A stretch of DNA of 64,000 nt, taken from contig OZ199839.1 of assembly GCA_964304625.1 (NCBI GenBank), positions 2,420,093 through 2,484,092 of the forward strand. The letters run 5' to 3'. The number at the start of each line of letters is the position of its first letter. Position 1 is the first letter of the stretch. Shown piece after piece: positions 1 through 11,683 of the stretch. The position numbers and the translations under genes were made by a program. This DNA is from Kudoa neothunni (taxonomy: Eukaryota; Animalia; Cnidaria). The notes beneath the pieces are model-generated. The model saw nothing but the letters and a program-made list of their open reading frames with translations, had not been told where the DNA came from and searched no databases.

Positions 1-1037
1 ACACAGACTTCTTGCATGTGTAGCATGAAACTCTGGACTTCCTGTCAATATTCCTAGAACAAAGTGTACATCTTGACTGTACTGGGATTAAAGTTTCTTC
101 ATTAGAAATAGATGTTTGCCCGTCCTTGATGTGTTTGTTAAATATGTTGAATCCAAATTTAATGATAGTGATAAGTGTTGTGTTTTGCGCAAGGAAGGAA
201 ATCAGTAATAAGTAATTCCGAAATAGATAGTTGGATAGGTAGTGGTGATCGTAATGTGTTGTCACCAGCGTGGCTCCCCCGCCTACCGACGATTTCCCCT
301 TCTATTATTAGGAGGAACCAATTCCGGATTATGACAATAAGATGTCCTAAACTTTGACGACTCAAAACATTTAGTTTGATTAATTTAGTTACCAGCTCCC
401 GAAGAGATATATTGATTTCCTCGAAAATCTCACGGATAGGTTCTAATTTGTCATGAGGGTGAATCGGCCCATCGATATTGCAGCTGAAAAAAGACTGCTT
501 AAATAGGGGGTGAGTTTCCCAGAGGAGTTTGAAGGATATTCTAGACCCATTACAACGATCAGATGCAATCATAGTACCAAGAAAGGCCATTAATTCTTTC
601 ATCGTTATTGCATTTTTATGTTTATACTGAGTACTTGATTGCCTGTACTTATTAGTGTAGAATAAAATTTTTTCTAACATAGAATCAGAAAAAACCAAAT
701 GGAACGAAGATATAATTGACGAAATATTTCCTGAATTTCCTATGGGACCAGGCTTATCGATAACATGATTGTGGCAACTCATTCGTTTTCTTGATTTGCG
801 GCAATATTTGATCACCGTCGACTTCTAAGTCATCAGAACTATTTTCTGATACCATAACTTTATCGAAAAATTAAATATTAACAAATTTTCATACAAACGT
901 AAATGCACCTGCAGAACCCAAATGACAACGTTACCACTCGTGCGTTTTTGAAAATAATCCCCAAATAATCCTATGGTCCATAGGGCTCGGTCGGTAAAGT
1001 TATAAATATGATTTTTTAGGTTTTTAACGTATTTCAT
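1..1037 (-). mobile_element. Degenerate, internally deleted piggyBac transposase remnant
   Basis: ORF 159-815 has PGBD-type segments (DSMLEKILFYTNKY, ITMKELMAFLG, DKLEPIREIFE). Bases 1-80 on the minus strand read SRCTLCSRNIDRKSRVSCYTCKKSV, a piggyBac C-terminal Cys-rich domain. The catalytic core is missing. Confidence 0.8.
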
Positions 1038-2614
1038 TTTAATTTAACTAGTGCTTTATATGTAAAAATAAATTTTATACTATGTAGTAACCATTACTTA
1101 TCATCATATATAATTTTTGAAGGTAAAGGATAACCTGCGTCATTTTAACAAGTAATATTAAACCAATTTCTTTCAAATTATCTATTTTAAATTTATAAGA
1201 TAAAAATATTAATAAAATTGCGAGATTTGATAAAATATGAATTAGATTCTTAACGTTTAAAAGATGAAATGTTTGATAATAAAAAAATTATCGTCGTCTC
1301 TTATGTTTACAAAATCCATTATTTCAAAAACAGCACAACCGTATAACTTTTTTCTTTGTTTCAGCAAAAATATCCGACAGTCAGTGTGATTTCTATGATT
1401 TTAAAAAGGAAAATAATTATACCACGACATAAACCAACAATTAATTTAAACGATTAGAAAATTTGTTATATCTTAGATTTTATTAGAAATGAACAAATAT
1501 TTAAATCATAAAGAGGTACGGTGATAAAATTATGTAGAATGTATGCTCTCGCAATGATTAATACAAATAATTTTGAAAAACAAATGAAGTACCGCTATAC
1601 AGAAATTAGAGGAATGAAAAAATTCTCGTTTAACGTGAAATTAAAAAATGTTAATTAGCCAAAGATAAGTTTCGAAGATACTAATATAACAAAATACGAG
1701 ACTAGAAAATGCAATTATGAAATAAATAAAACTGAATTCTACAGTTTATCGTAATTAATAGAATGAGTATTACATAAGTCTGACTGAGAATGTAGACAGG
1801 TGTATTTATGGATCATTTGTGGATTGTTGAGGATAATATTAATTGTAAAATTATTATTAGTCCATTTCTAGACGCAACACATAAGAAATCATGTGGGTCC
1901 ATAGTGAAATGAATATACGTATGTTGGTAACCAAGATTAAAAATTCGACGAAAACAACCGAGACCTGATTAACCACAAAAATTGTTAATAAATTTATGGC
2001 ACTATAAGCATATCACTCCATATTCTTTGTGTGAGAAATAGTTTTTGGTGTGGTTGCCGGAGAAAAAACACGCGCAATAAGGCAATTTTGGGGAGTGCCA
2101 CGGGGTATAAAATTACACAATAGCTGATTTAACAATAAATAATCGCGAAGGGCTAGGAGTTCTCAGCATTAATAGATCACGGCAAATGCTATTATGATGA
2201 CAAATAGCGGTTGCTGGAAGTATCCCACTGATGGTGCTACAATGATCAATACTCATTATTAAAGTATTGAACGGGTTAGTTTTTGTACGTTATCGCTGAT
2301 TTGGATATCTATTAATTTGGATTGTGCCAACAGCTTCACAAAAGATTAATGAAGATTATATACAACTAGAATTCGCGATGGTTCGTAATGCGTGCGACTT
2401 CGCTTTAAGGAAGGCTAGGTACGATTTTAAACTTAAATTAATGCTCAAATATCTTAAACCAGTAAAATTTCAACATAATAATATCGCCATCTATACACAT
2501 AATGATTCAATTGATATATGAGGCGGTTGAATGATTCGAGCGATTAAAATTTATCACCTAAACATTTTATTGAGGTGGCAAAGGTGTCTTACATTTTGTG
2601 TGTGTGTAGATTAG

Positions 2615-3374
2615 ATGCAACAGGATACCAAATACAACTACACCAATATCAAAGATAATATAATGCACAGTGGTAACAATATCAATAAACCACCAACAGT
2701 TCACGCGCTACCACCAAGTAAGTTGATGTCATCATTACCCATGTCTCATATGAGAACTCGTGTAGTGCAACAATTTGCTCCGTATGGTCAAGGTGATTGA
2801 AATTTAATTTGTTGTTAAATGTGATGAGTAGTCAGTCAGTTTGTTGATTTTGTTGTGGTTTATGCTCGATTTTAATCAAGTGGATAAATGAGGGACTTTT
2901 TATTGTTGTCAAAGCGAAACCGATATTATTAATCATCTCTTAAACTACTTATTGTAATAGTTGGTGTTTTAAAGGTAATATGGCGCCGCCCTCTTCGGCA
3001 AACACCAAATCAATGGTCAACGATAGAAACGAATTGTTCCAACTCGCAATGGAAGGCTCGGCTGATAATCCCAACTCCTATTTCAATCCCATACAACTGT
3101 ATCCGTGTGGAGTTTGCGACAAGCCTGTGATGGATGATCAGGAAGGCATATTGTGTGAGGTTTCGTGCAATCGCTGGTTTCATCGTCAATGCACCGGTCT
3201 CACCCCAATGGTATGAGATTGTGTTGGGTTATTATTGAAAGTGGTTTCCTTTCCACCGATATATAGAGTTATGAAATGCTGACCAAAGAGGAAAATGCCG
3301 CTTGGGCATGCGACAATTGCATTCGCTATTCTCAAATCCAAGCTAGGTTTCCACGTACATCAACCAACCATTAA
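2615..3374 (+). CDS. pygo: Pygopus PHD-finger protein; 3 coding exons (2615-2792, 2975-3210, 3267-3374), about 173 aa
   Basis: Spliced C-terminus LYPCGVCDKPVMDDQEGILCEVSCNRWFHRQCTGLTPMSYEMLTKEENAAWACDNC matches the Pygopus PHD finger. GT-AG introns keep the frame. An additional upstream exon cannot be excluded. Confidence 0.9.
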
Positions 3375-3649
3375 GAGTTTGTGCGTTGTAGCAACCATCT
3401 TTTGTTTGCGCTCTATTAACCTAGCCTTATTTCATTAACTACACACTATTGTAAGATTGTTTTATTTGGTTGTTTTTATATTCGGCGCATCTTCTATCTA
3501 CACGAAATCATTTCGCTTAATGTCGGCTAATTTTAATCGAGTTTTATCTTCACCCTATGGGTGTAGAAATTTTTGTTATTTTATACCTGTACGAATATTT
3601 TTTTTTGTTTCCATTAAACACTAATGTAAGCTTCTACAAATAGATGATG

Positions 3650-3705
3650 TTACCGATGACGTCATTATTATTCTTAGCAAAACGTTCCTTCTTACCGGTA
3701 TATAA
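3650..3705 (+). promoter_or_regulatory. Putative external (type 3) Pol III promoter of the RNase MRP RNA gene
   Basis: TATATAA at 3699-3705 lies about 29 nt before the P1 5' strand. TTACCGATGACGTCA at 3650-3664 is near the expected PSE position. Confidence 0.5.
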
Positions 3706-3727
3706 CTTAACATCAATTCCCGCACCT

Positions 3728-4270
3728 AAGTCGATTGGCGGCGTCAGAGGCTAATGCCACTCCGGTTGTTCCACGTTGGCAATCGGATATTGCATTGCGC
3801 GTCGTTTGCTGGCTATGAGAGAGTCACTCAACCATTGACTCGGTTTTCTCCTTTCTGTCTCCGGGTGTGTTGGATTGGGTGAGGTGACCCTCGCTCGCTC
3901 CCCTCCCCCGCCCGGTTGCAAAATCGGTTGTTATATCTTGTCGATGGCTCGGTTTCTCCCTTTCCTCTGAGGAAAGTCCCCGTGCTCGACGCGACTCATG
4001 TTGACCTGACTCGTTGCTCCTTGGCGCAAAGTGTGTCGAGTGTGTTGCGTCTGTCTGTCGTCTACACTGCAAGGTGAGACCCTAAAAAGGTAGTGTTCCT
4101 GGTGGGTGCGAGCTCTCTCAATGATCACTGGCAATCAATCTGCCATGTAGATTGTCGCACTAGCCGGGAATATTAAGCGTGGAATCATCGAGTCTTGCCG
4201 CAAAGGATTGATCGGGGTCGTTTTAGAAGGGCCTCTACCGTCCTTACAGAGTGGGGATTATAATCGACTT
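3728..4270 (+). ncRNA. RMRP: RNase MRP RNA (RNase P/MRP family), expanded to about 540 nt
   Basis: P1 AAGTCGATT(3728-3736)/AATCGACTT(4262-4270). P2 GCGGCG(3738-3743)/TGCCGC(4196-4201). P3a TCAGAGG(3744-3750)/CCTCTGA(3964-3970). CR-I GAAAGTCCCC(3972-3981) pairs with CR-V ACAGAGTGGGGATTA(4246-4260) to form P4. P19 AAGGA...TCCTT. Upstream TATA box, terminal TTTT, and GC-rich in an AT-rich background. Confidence 0.88.
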
Positions 4271-4499
4271 TTACTATAGATGATCGATGATCCATTAAGT
4301 AAGATTGTGTAACATTGAAATTTAAAAAATGTGTTTAGTATTTTTCGAAAATGTCTCTATATAAGCTTAAATTTTTAAAATTATGACAAAGTTGAGAAAA
4401 ATACAATAATTTTTGAGAAACGCCATAAGCAACCCAATAAACTCCCGAGTAAGTGCATGCGTAAAATAAAACACAAATATATAATTTATTAATCAACTT

Positions 4500-6173
4500 T
4501 TTTTAAATATATTTATCCGAATGAAAAGTATTTGAATATTTAAGATGAAGTCTCGACGAATACCCCTCACAATAGAGGTACGTTTTGTTGGCAGCACTCA
4601 CAAGTACGACTCCAGAATACATATTCATTGAAATATTCAGCGGTGATCGAGACCTTTTCCTCATAATCTAATCCCTTTATGGAGTTATTAGACCGGCAGC
4701 AATTTCGCGTGTATGTTGAATTAATGTTATTGTAGAGTCATTAAAGTAGCGTATTATTTTCTATGAATTGGTGACACACATGGAAATAAGATTAGTGAAT
4801 AATGGCCAGTATCATTTTTCACCCTTTTATTTTGATTCTGTAGTTTGCAATCGCGTTATCAGCTACATCGACACCTCCCATATTCGCATTGTAATCACCA
4901 ACAATCTTTGGCTGTGTTATGTTAATGTACATTTTTTTCTTTTTTTGGGAATCTTTTAGCTGATCCAATGGGGAAACACGACATAAAATTACTCATCAGT
5001 ATCACTGGTTTTGTATTGTTCCATTGAACACTAAAAATACCTTGTTTATTACTATAAACATCAAAAACGCCCCTTAGCAATTTGGAAAATTCTTTTGGTA
5101 GCTGAAATGGATATCGATTTGTCCATACAATCATTATTGTTGAAATGGATGTATCTTTTTATTTCTTTAAATTTTTTGTCAGTTTTTTTACAATTGTAAC
5201 TCTGGAATCTTCATTCGTCCCAATACATTTTTTAGCTTGGTAGAATATGATAACCTGAGAGAATTAAAATCCCAGTGAAGGTTTTCAATTCGGACAAAGT
5301 TAGGTTGAAAGAACCGTTATTCTTCTATCGAGCATATAAATTCCACTGTTTTACAATATGCAATAGAACACTGTCATCCAAAAATTTTTTGAACGTTTCA
5401 AATGAACCTAAATATCATCAAAATTAATTTTGAAAGATATCTACCTTTATATGCACCGTCTACCTACCGAGGGTTTCGAGATAGGTTTATTAACTGTTTC
5501 GGAGGTAGTGGTTGGTAAAACCTTTTCCCATTTAACATTGCTGTATTTAACAGCACTTTTGACCTCATGCTTTTGTATTTTAAACAATTGGGCACGCCCA
5601 GAAACATCGGGGATGTCATTATTTTCGAATATATTATCCTGTATGGCAGATAAGTTATCTTACAAATCAGTAAAGGCGTCAACATTATCGGGAGGAAGTG
5701 CTACTATATCTGGAACTTTTTCGAAAGTATCTTCGCTAAGTTCACAGATTGCTTCACTTAGTTTAATGTACTCAGTAACGTCAGACGTGTTAATCCTACC
5801 TAGCATCTGCATGTCTCGAGGGTTTATCGTTTCCATTTCGGCTCACTACTGTAACGTGAATATTAACTGATATTTATGTATTATTTTCTATTACAGGCAT
5901 TTGGACGGTTAAATGACAATATGTTTTAAGAGAACAAACAAAAATAAAAAAATTTCCCCGATGTATAACCTATTTTATGGTTCTATTATACGCAAATGTA
6001 CTGGCCAATAAGAAGAGATGTATATTAAAATGTTTAGAATTCATAAATAAAATACAAATAATATTTAAATAATAGGACCACGTATATTTTTATATGGAAA
6101 TTAACTAGTTAATAGTCGCAATATTAAACCCTATAGACGGCACCTAAACAGGGACCCAACAAACATTAATGGG
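4500..6173 (-). mobile_element. Decayed piggyBac element
   Basis: ORF 4922-5134 (GVFDVY...QWNNTKPVILMSNF) is piggyBac core. A Cys-rich remnant lies near 4570-4610. One end reads ATTAATGGG-TTAA at 6165-6177. The other end is unclear. Confidence 0.7.
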
Positions 6174-6503
6174 TTAATAATTAGTTAGTCCAACACCCCT
6201 CAATATAATCCATATACAGTAGGATCTCAATATGAGGCGGTTGGCATTTCTTAAAAATTTCTCTACTCTGCTCGACATTGTAAAATTTTCGATGTATGTA
6301 ATCTTTAGTTTAACGTTGTACCACCAGGGGTTGACAAGCTAGACCGGTCAGTTATCTATATCCGGCCTACCATGCATTAACTAAATAATTTTTGTTTTTC
6401 TAAATATTAAAATGATGTCGATGTAAATATTTAAGCGAATAAAATTCATTTTCATTAAATCAGAAATCCGAAATAATTACGACCGCTAAAATAAAGTTTA
6501 AAA

Positions 6504-7584
6504 TCTGCTATATATATAAAGCTGAAGTGTCCGTGTGTGTCAAATTTTTTTAAAATCACAATGTTTCGAAAAATTTTTAATTCATTTTCACACTACCAAA
6601 TGTTCCTAAAAATGTTTAGAAAATGGTGATTTTGTCGATTCAATGTTTGGTTATCAGATAATTCGAGTTCAACAATAGGATTAACACCTGCTTATGACCT
6701 TATGACCTGCTGATGGTCGGTTGATGTTAACTTTCCTCCTCATATGTTTTATCAAATTTAAATTAAGCCATAACATCTGACTTTTTATATAAAGATGGCA
6801 TGTTGTATATTTGGAGTTTTGCGCGTATACACTCCTTATTTATGGAGTCTAACTTATATATGACGTTATAAATATATTTTAAAAGTTCTATTAATAATTT
6901 TAGATATGATAAAAAATCTATATATGTTTCATGAATAACGAATCGATGGAGAACGTTAAAATTACATCGATTGAAGCATTATATAGGAAATACTGTGTCC
7001 GTAGATTTCATTGAAATCGTATGCTGGGTTTGACTTTCCGTGATTAAATTCAATGTAGATGGTGGAACTTCTACTACATTCGATTATTCAAATTGTTTAT
7101 GTTGAAGTCGACGACACTTGTGGCCGTTTATGAGAAAAAGCGCATTAATGTTTATGCCGGGTCAAAGAATATTTATTTAGCAATAAAATTTAATTGTCTT
7201 ATGTTTTTTTCTATCTCTATATATTTTTTTATCTCCCATGAATAATAGTGAATGAACTTTCCAAGCCGGGCCAAAAAATAACGTTTTAGATAACACTCTA
7301 GCGGGATTTAAATAATTCGAGAATGAAAAAATACTGTACTGTAACAGACCATAAATTATTTAGCGTTGGTGCCGAAACACAAAATTTTTAAATTAAGGCC
7401 GGGAGTGGAACACTCCATCACAAAAATGATCATAATTTAAATTTCGTTAATGTATGATGCTTAAAATTTTTGAGTTATTTTGCATCTATGGGTTAATTCA
7501 CGGCTTCAATACATTTTTTGAATATTATTAAGAAACGTATCTATGCGAAATCCTCTCCAAGCAACGTTGGGCAGTTCCCGCTAA
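6504..7584 (+). mobile_element. Non-autonomous Helitron-like element
   Basis: 5' end A|TCTGCTATATATATAAAGCTGAAGTGTCCGTGTGTG. 3' short hairpin CCAAGCAACGTTGG followed by GCAGTTCCCG-CTAA|T (CTAG variant). Inserted between A and T, with no TIR or TSD. Confidence 0.5.
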
Positions 7585-9577
7585 TATTTTTAAAAGGCCT
7601 ATAGCTACATTTCATGTTATTTGACTTAGTCCAATAAATCGTTCATTCACAAGTCAACACGAGTTAATTACACTGTTCTGGCAAATTATTAGAATACAGT
7701 TGGTAATCGATTCTGCACACTTTTTTCCAGGCACTCTACTACTCTGTTGGTCTATTATAGCATTATTCGCAGGAAAATTAGAAATTCAGAGATAGGCGAA
7801 GACAAAAATACAACAACATTAGAAGGAAAATAAAAAATAATAAAATACTTCAAAAATCTTCCATGAATAAACGTTAAGATAGTTACGGTGAGACATTTCA
7901 ACATATCAAATATAGCAATATAAAATGGTCTTGTTGAAAAAAGAATCAAAATTTTTCTAATTTAAAAAAGTTTAGATCATTTCCGATAATTCTTAGAGTT
8001 GGAAATTGATTTGTATGTCATCGCGGGTCAAAATATGACAAAAACCTAAATTAATGATTTTTTTTGTCTGTTGTAGAATTTACATTCGTTTATACTATTT
8101 TAAAAATGAAGCATCAATTTTTCTTCTAAATTCCAAAAAAGGGGATATATATAATTATGTGCATGCGTAAAATCGATTACCCACTGTATAACAATTTTGA
8201 TTTGACGTTATTCTAGAGTTTAAATGATTTTATAAATTCTTATTTATGTATATAAATTAAAATTAACCTTCTTGTTATTATTTATTTAGCGCAAGAGAAA
8301 TAGACTTATGGGTAATCGATAAATATCAGATTTTCTAGCGTGGTTATCGTTATACTATTTATGAATAACAAAACTATTATTCATAAAAGGGATAATCCGC
8401 AACACTTCTAATGATTTTTTGGGCATGATACATCCCACTCTTTTTTCCACTATATTTATTCATAAAATAATTGTAGATAAACCGGTAGAATTACAAAGAT
8501 TTCTATCGACTATTTTTACGACAACCCGACAATAATTACACTAAATAATCCCCTTAATCTGAAATATGAGATGAAGATAGCCTCGGATTCTTTCGCGCAA
8601 GAACATTAAAATTAAGTGGCACAATAAATACTGTTTCCCCGATAGGACCACTTTTAAATTACGACTTCTTTAACGATTACAAAATTTTCTGTTTATGTTC
8701 CGTATAATATGTTTCCCAAAAAATATTTTGACCAAAAGAAACTAAAAACATTTAAAAATAAATTTAACCTTTTGATAACAATATGCCACTGGCCTGAGTG
8801 ACCATTCATAATACTTTCAATCGAAGTTCTCGATGTAGAGGGCATATTTGAATTACACACAATGCGACTCTTACTATTCAATGATCCGTCAATGATATGG
8901 AATTCGAAAGAATCTTTCGAATTTCCAGAAAATCTTAAATATTCATTCAATTCCCTACCAAAAGATTGATTTCCATTGTTGTAGGCTTCATAGCTGTTCG
9001 TCATTGTTAATGAGGAACATGTGAAAATTAAATTTGCGAACCTCAGACATCAAATTAATTAAAATATAATCGATACAATTCTCTTAAACTTTTTTAAAAC
9101 AGTGCACGCGCAATAACGCTTTTATTAATTGAAAAAAATCGGTGGTGTATTACACCCCAAAAATCCTTAGAAGATATTTTTTTATGTACTTATATAACAT
9201 ATTTCTCCCCAAAAATTACAAAAATGAAAGTTCACATTATTATACAAAAATATTTCGAGTTCAGTCGTGTTCAACTGGCAGAGGAAAAAAGTGTAAACTG
9301 GCTCAAATATTGTTTGGGGCGTAACACATCCCAAATTGTTAGAAGGTTAAGAATAATTTAACATTTTAGTAGATTAACTTTAATACGACCTGTATTGAAG
9401 TTAGGGTATGTCTGTTCGGCCGTCACTCAAAAAAACCTCGAACCCCCTTGTATATGAAATTGGACGGTCAAGTTGCGCCAGAATTGCGCGTACGCGAACT
9501 CTCGTATGATATCTTTCGATCAAGTTGCAAGTCACTTGCGTTTTACAGTATTAGTGGTAGTGGGTGTAGAATAAAAC

Positions 9578-9808
9578 ATGAAAAAATTATTGCTACCACA
9601 TCCATATTCATCGTTTTTTAATTCAACCGAAGAAAGTTTTGCTCAACTTGAATCCGTAGTAAAAAGTAGACAGCCAAAAAAATGTGAAGACTTGATTGAA
9701 TGTATCGAGAAGGCCCCAAATAAGATTTCATTGACATATTTCCAAAATTATTTAAAACATCCTGAATCTAGTTTAACTTTACTTCCATTCTTCAAAAGAA
9801 AAAATTAA
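9578..9808 (+). mobile_element. IS630/Tc1-type transposase C-terminal fragment
   Basis: LPHPYSSFFNSTEESFAQLESVV resembles the LPPYSPxLNPIExxFSxLK motif of the DDE_3 family. Confidence 0.7.
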
Positions 9809-10049
9809 CATCAGAATTATTTTGGAGCATACAGGTGGTTAATAATTTTTTTTTGTATCGATTCGAGAAAACTTTTAATTTCGCGAGAAATTTTCATGTT
9901 TTACTGAACATTACTGCAGCTTAATCGAGTACAATTACAATATAAGCCAGCAACTTGCAACTTGATCAAGAAATACTGTATATAATCGCCAGTCTGAGCA
10001 TAAAGTCATGAACCAAGAAATTAGTACTGATTATACTATTACTAAAACG

Positions 10050-11398
10050 AACAAAAATAATGACAGACTTTTTTATAATAGGTTTTTTTATAATAAAGAT
10101 TATAAAAAAACGTTTGTCAATATTGGAGGTGTCAAAAACGGGGATGTAAAGGTAGACTAAGAACATTTCCGGCAGAACAGATAGAGAGGTTGTATACGTT
10201 AGGTTTTCATAAGCACTTAGTATCGGAGGAAGAAAAAAACAAGCAATTTTACGACGATAAAATCGAGAATATCGCAGAAAGCATCGTATTATATCTAACC
10301 AATAAAGTTTGTGATATTGCAACTGATCAAGATGTCAAAAAATTGCCGAATATTCCCCCAAAAAAGTCCGTTAATCAAGTGATTCGAGACATAAGAAAAC
10401 GAAAGAGCATCGATGTAAACCCTGAAACAAATCCAAATCTATGCGGATCGGTAATGACTTTAGGGAATAAAAAATTTTGTATATACGATTCTGAATCCGA
10501 GGGTAATAATAGAATTATTATTTTTTTCAACAGGAGAAAATCTTTCGCACTTAAAACATTCAAAATTTTGGATTTACGATAGAACATTTAAGGTTGTTCC
10601 AAGAACGTTTTCCCAAATGTTTACTATTCATGGCCACGTTTTGAACAAAATATTACCGCTGGTGTTTATATTAAGGTTAGATAAGATGGAGAAAAGCTAT
10701 AACCGTGTTATTCAAATTATAAGGGATAAAGGAAACCAGGAACTTCCCCAAAACGCTATCATAGATTCTGAGGTGGCTGCGTATAATGCATTAAAAAAAC
10801 AAACAAACATAATATGTTCTTCTGCTAGTCGCACCTTGGTCAGTGCGTTAGTGGAAAACTGCAGAAATTGTGTCTATCAAAGTGGTATCAGGAAAATAAC
10901 GAATTAATACTCTTTGTCAAGTGTATTATTTCGGTAGCATTTGTACCAAAAGATTGCGTAAAAATAGAATTTGAAAAATTGCTTTTTCAAGCCGAGAAAA
11001 TTGACATAAAGAATTTAAATTAATTCCTGAGTTATTTTGAGAAGAACTTTATTAGTAGTAACAAATACCCTGTTGAATCATGGAATGCTCGTTCTCGAAC
11101 CCTTAATGGAATTCCTCTAATCTCCAATAGTGCAGAAAGTTTCCATAGACCTTTCTATACTAGGTACGATCAACCTCATTCAGGTCTATTGACTTTTATT
11201 AAAAATTTACAAGAGAGACGAAGCTCGGTTGAAAAAAAAGCCATGTTTTATTTGTGTGCTCCTAATAACGATCCTCGGAGCAAAGATGTTAAATTAAAAA
11301 CGGATAATCTGAAAGCTTTATGTGAGCGTTACCATCGGTATTATGATACAGTCTTTGTTCAAATCATTTCGAAAGAATATGACTGGTATATAGAATAA
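10050..11398 (+). mobile_element. Mutator-like (MULE) transposase pseudogene
   Basis: Frameshifted ORFs join to RIIIF...HSKFWIYDRTFKVVPRTFSQMFTIHG...LPLVFIL..KMEKSYNRV...IIDSEVAAYNAL, and later YPVESWNA...NSAESFHR. These are typical MULE domain motifs. Confidence 0.85.
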
Positions 11399-11433
11399 CC
11401 AGAATTTTCACTACTTGCGTTTCGCTTCACAAC

Positions 11434-11600
11434 ACAATGACTTATGGGTCGTGCGTAATCAAAAGGGATGGCAAAATCACTGCGTACGGACAATAACCAC
11501 GCGACACGTAACTTTGCGCATGCGAAAACAAACAAAAATTAGGTTATATTTTGACCAATTAGTATCTTTCTTTAATTTAATATTTGTAGTAAGTTTTAAT
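11434..11600 (-). mobile_element. Solo terminal fragment of the CAGTGACTTATGGGTCG MITE family
   Basis: CAATGACTTATGGGTCGTGCGTAATCAAAAGGG...TTTGCGCATGC aligns with the reverse complement of 23700-23850. Confidence 0.65.
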
Positions 11601-11683
11601 GCAAAATGATTTATAATTTAAAGATACGCCAGAAATGTGTTGTGTGAAATTTTAAAGCTTATTATGAAACCATAAACCAACCA

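Noticed and set aside
3824-4134. Minus-strand ORFs of 82 and 67 aa
   Set aside because: They are chance ORFs antisense to the GC-rich MRP RNA and have no protein motifs.
8267-9346. Possible TTAA-flanked element containing ORF 8693-9004
   Set aside because: Only 6 bp of terminal inversion match and the ORF has no recognisable motif.
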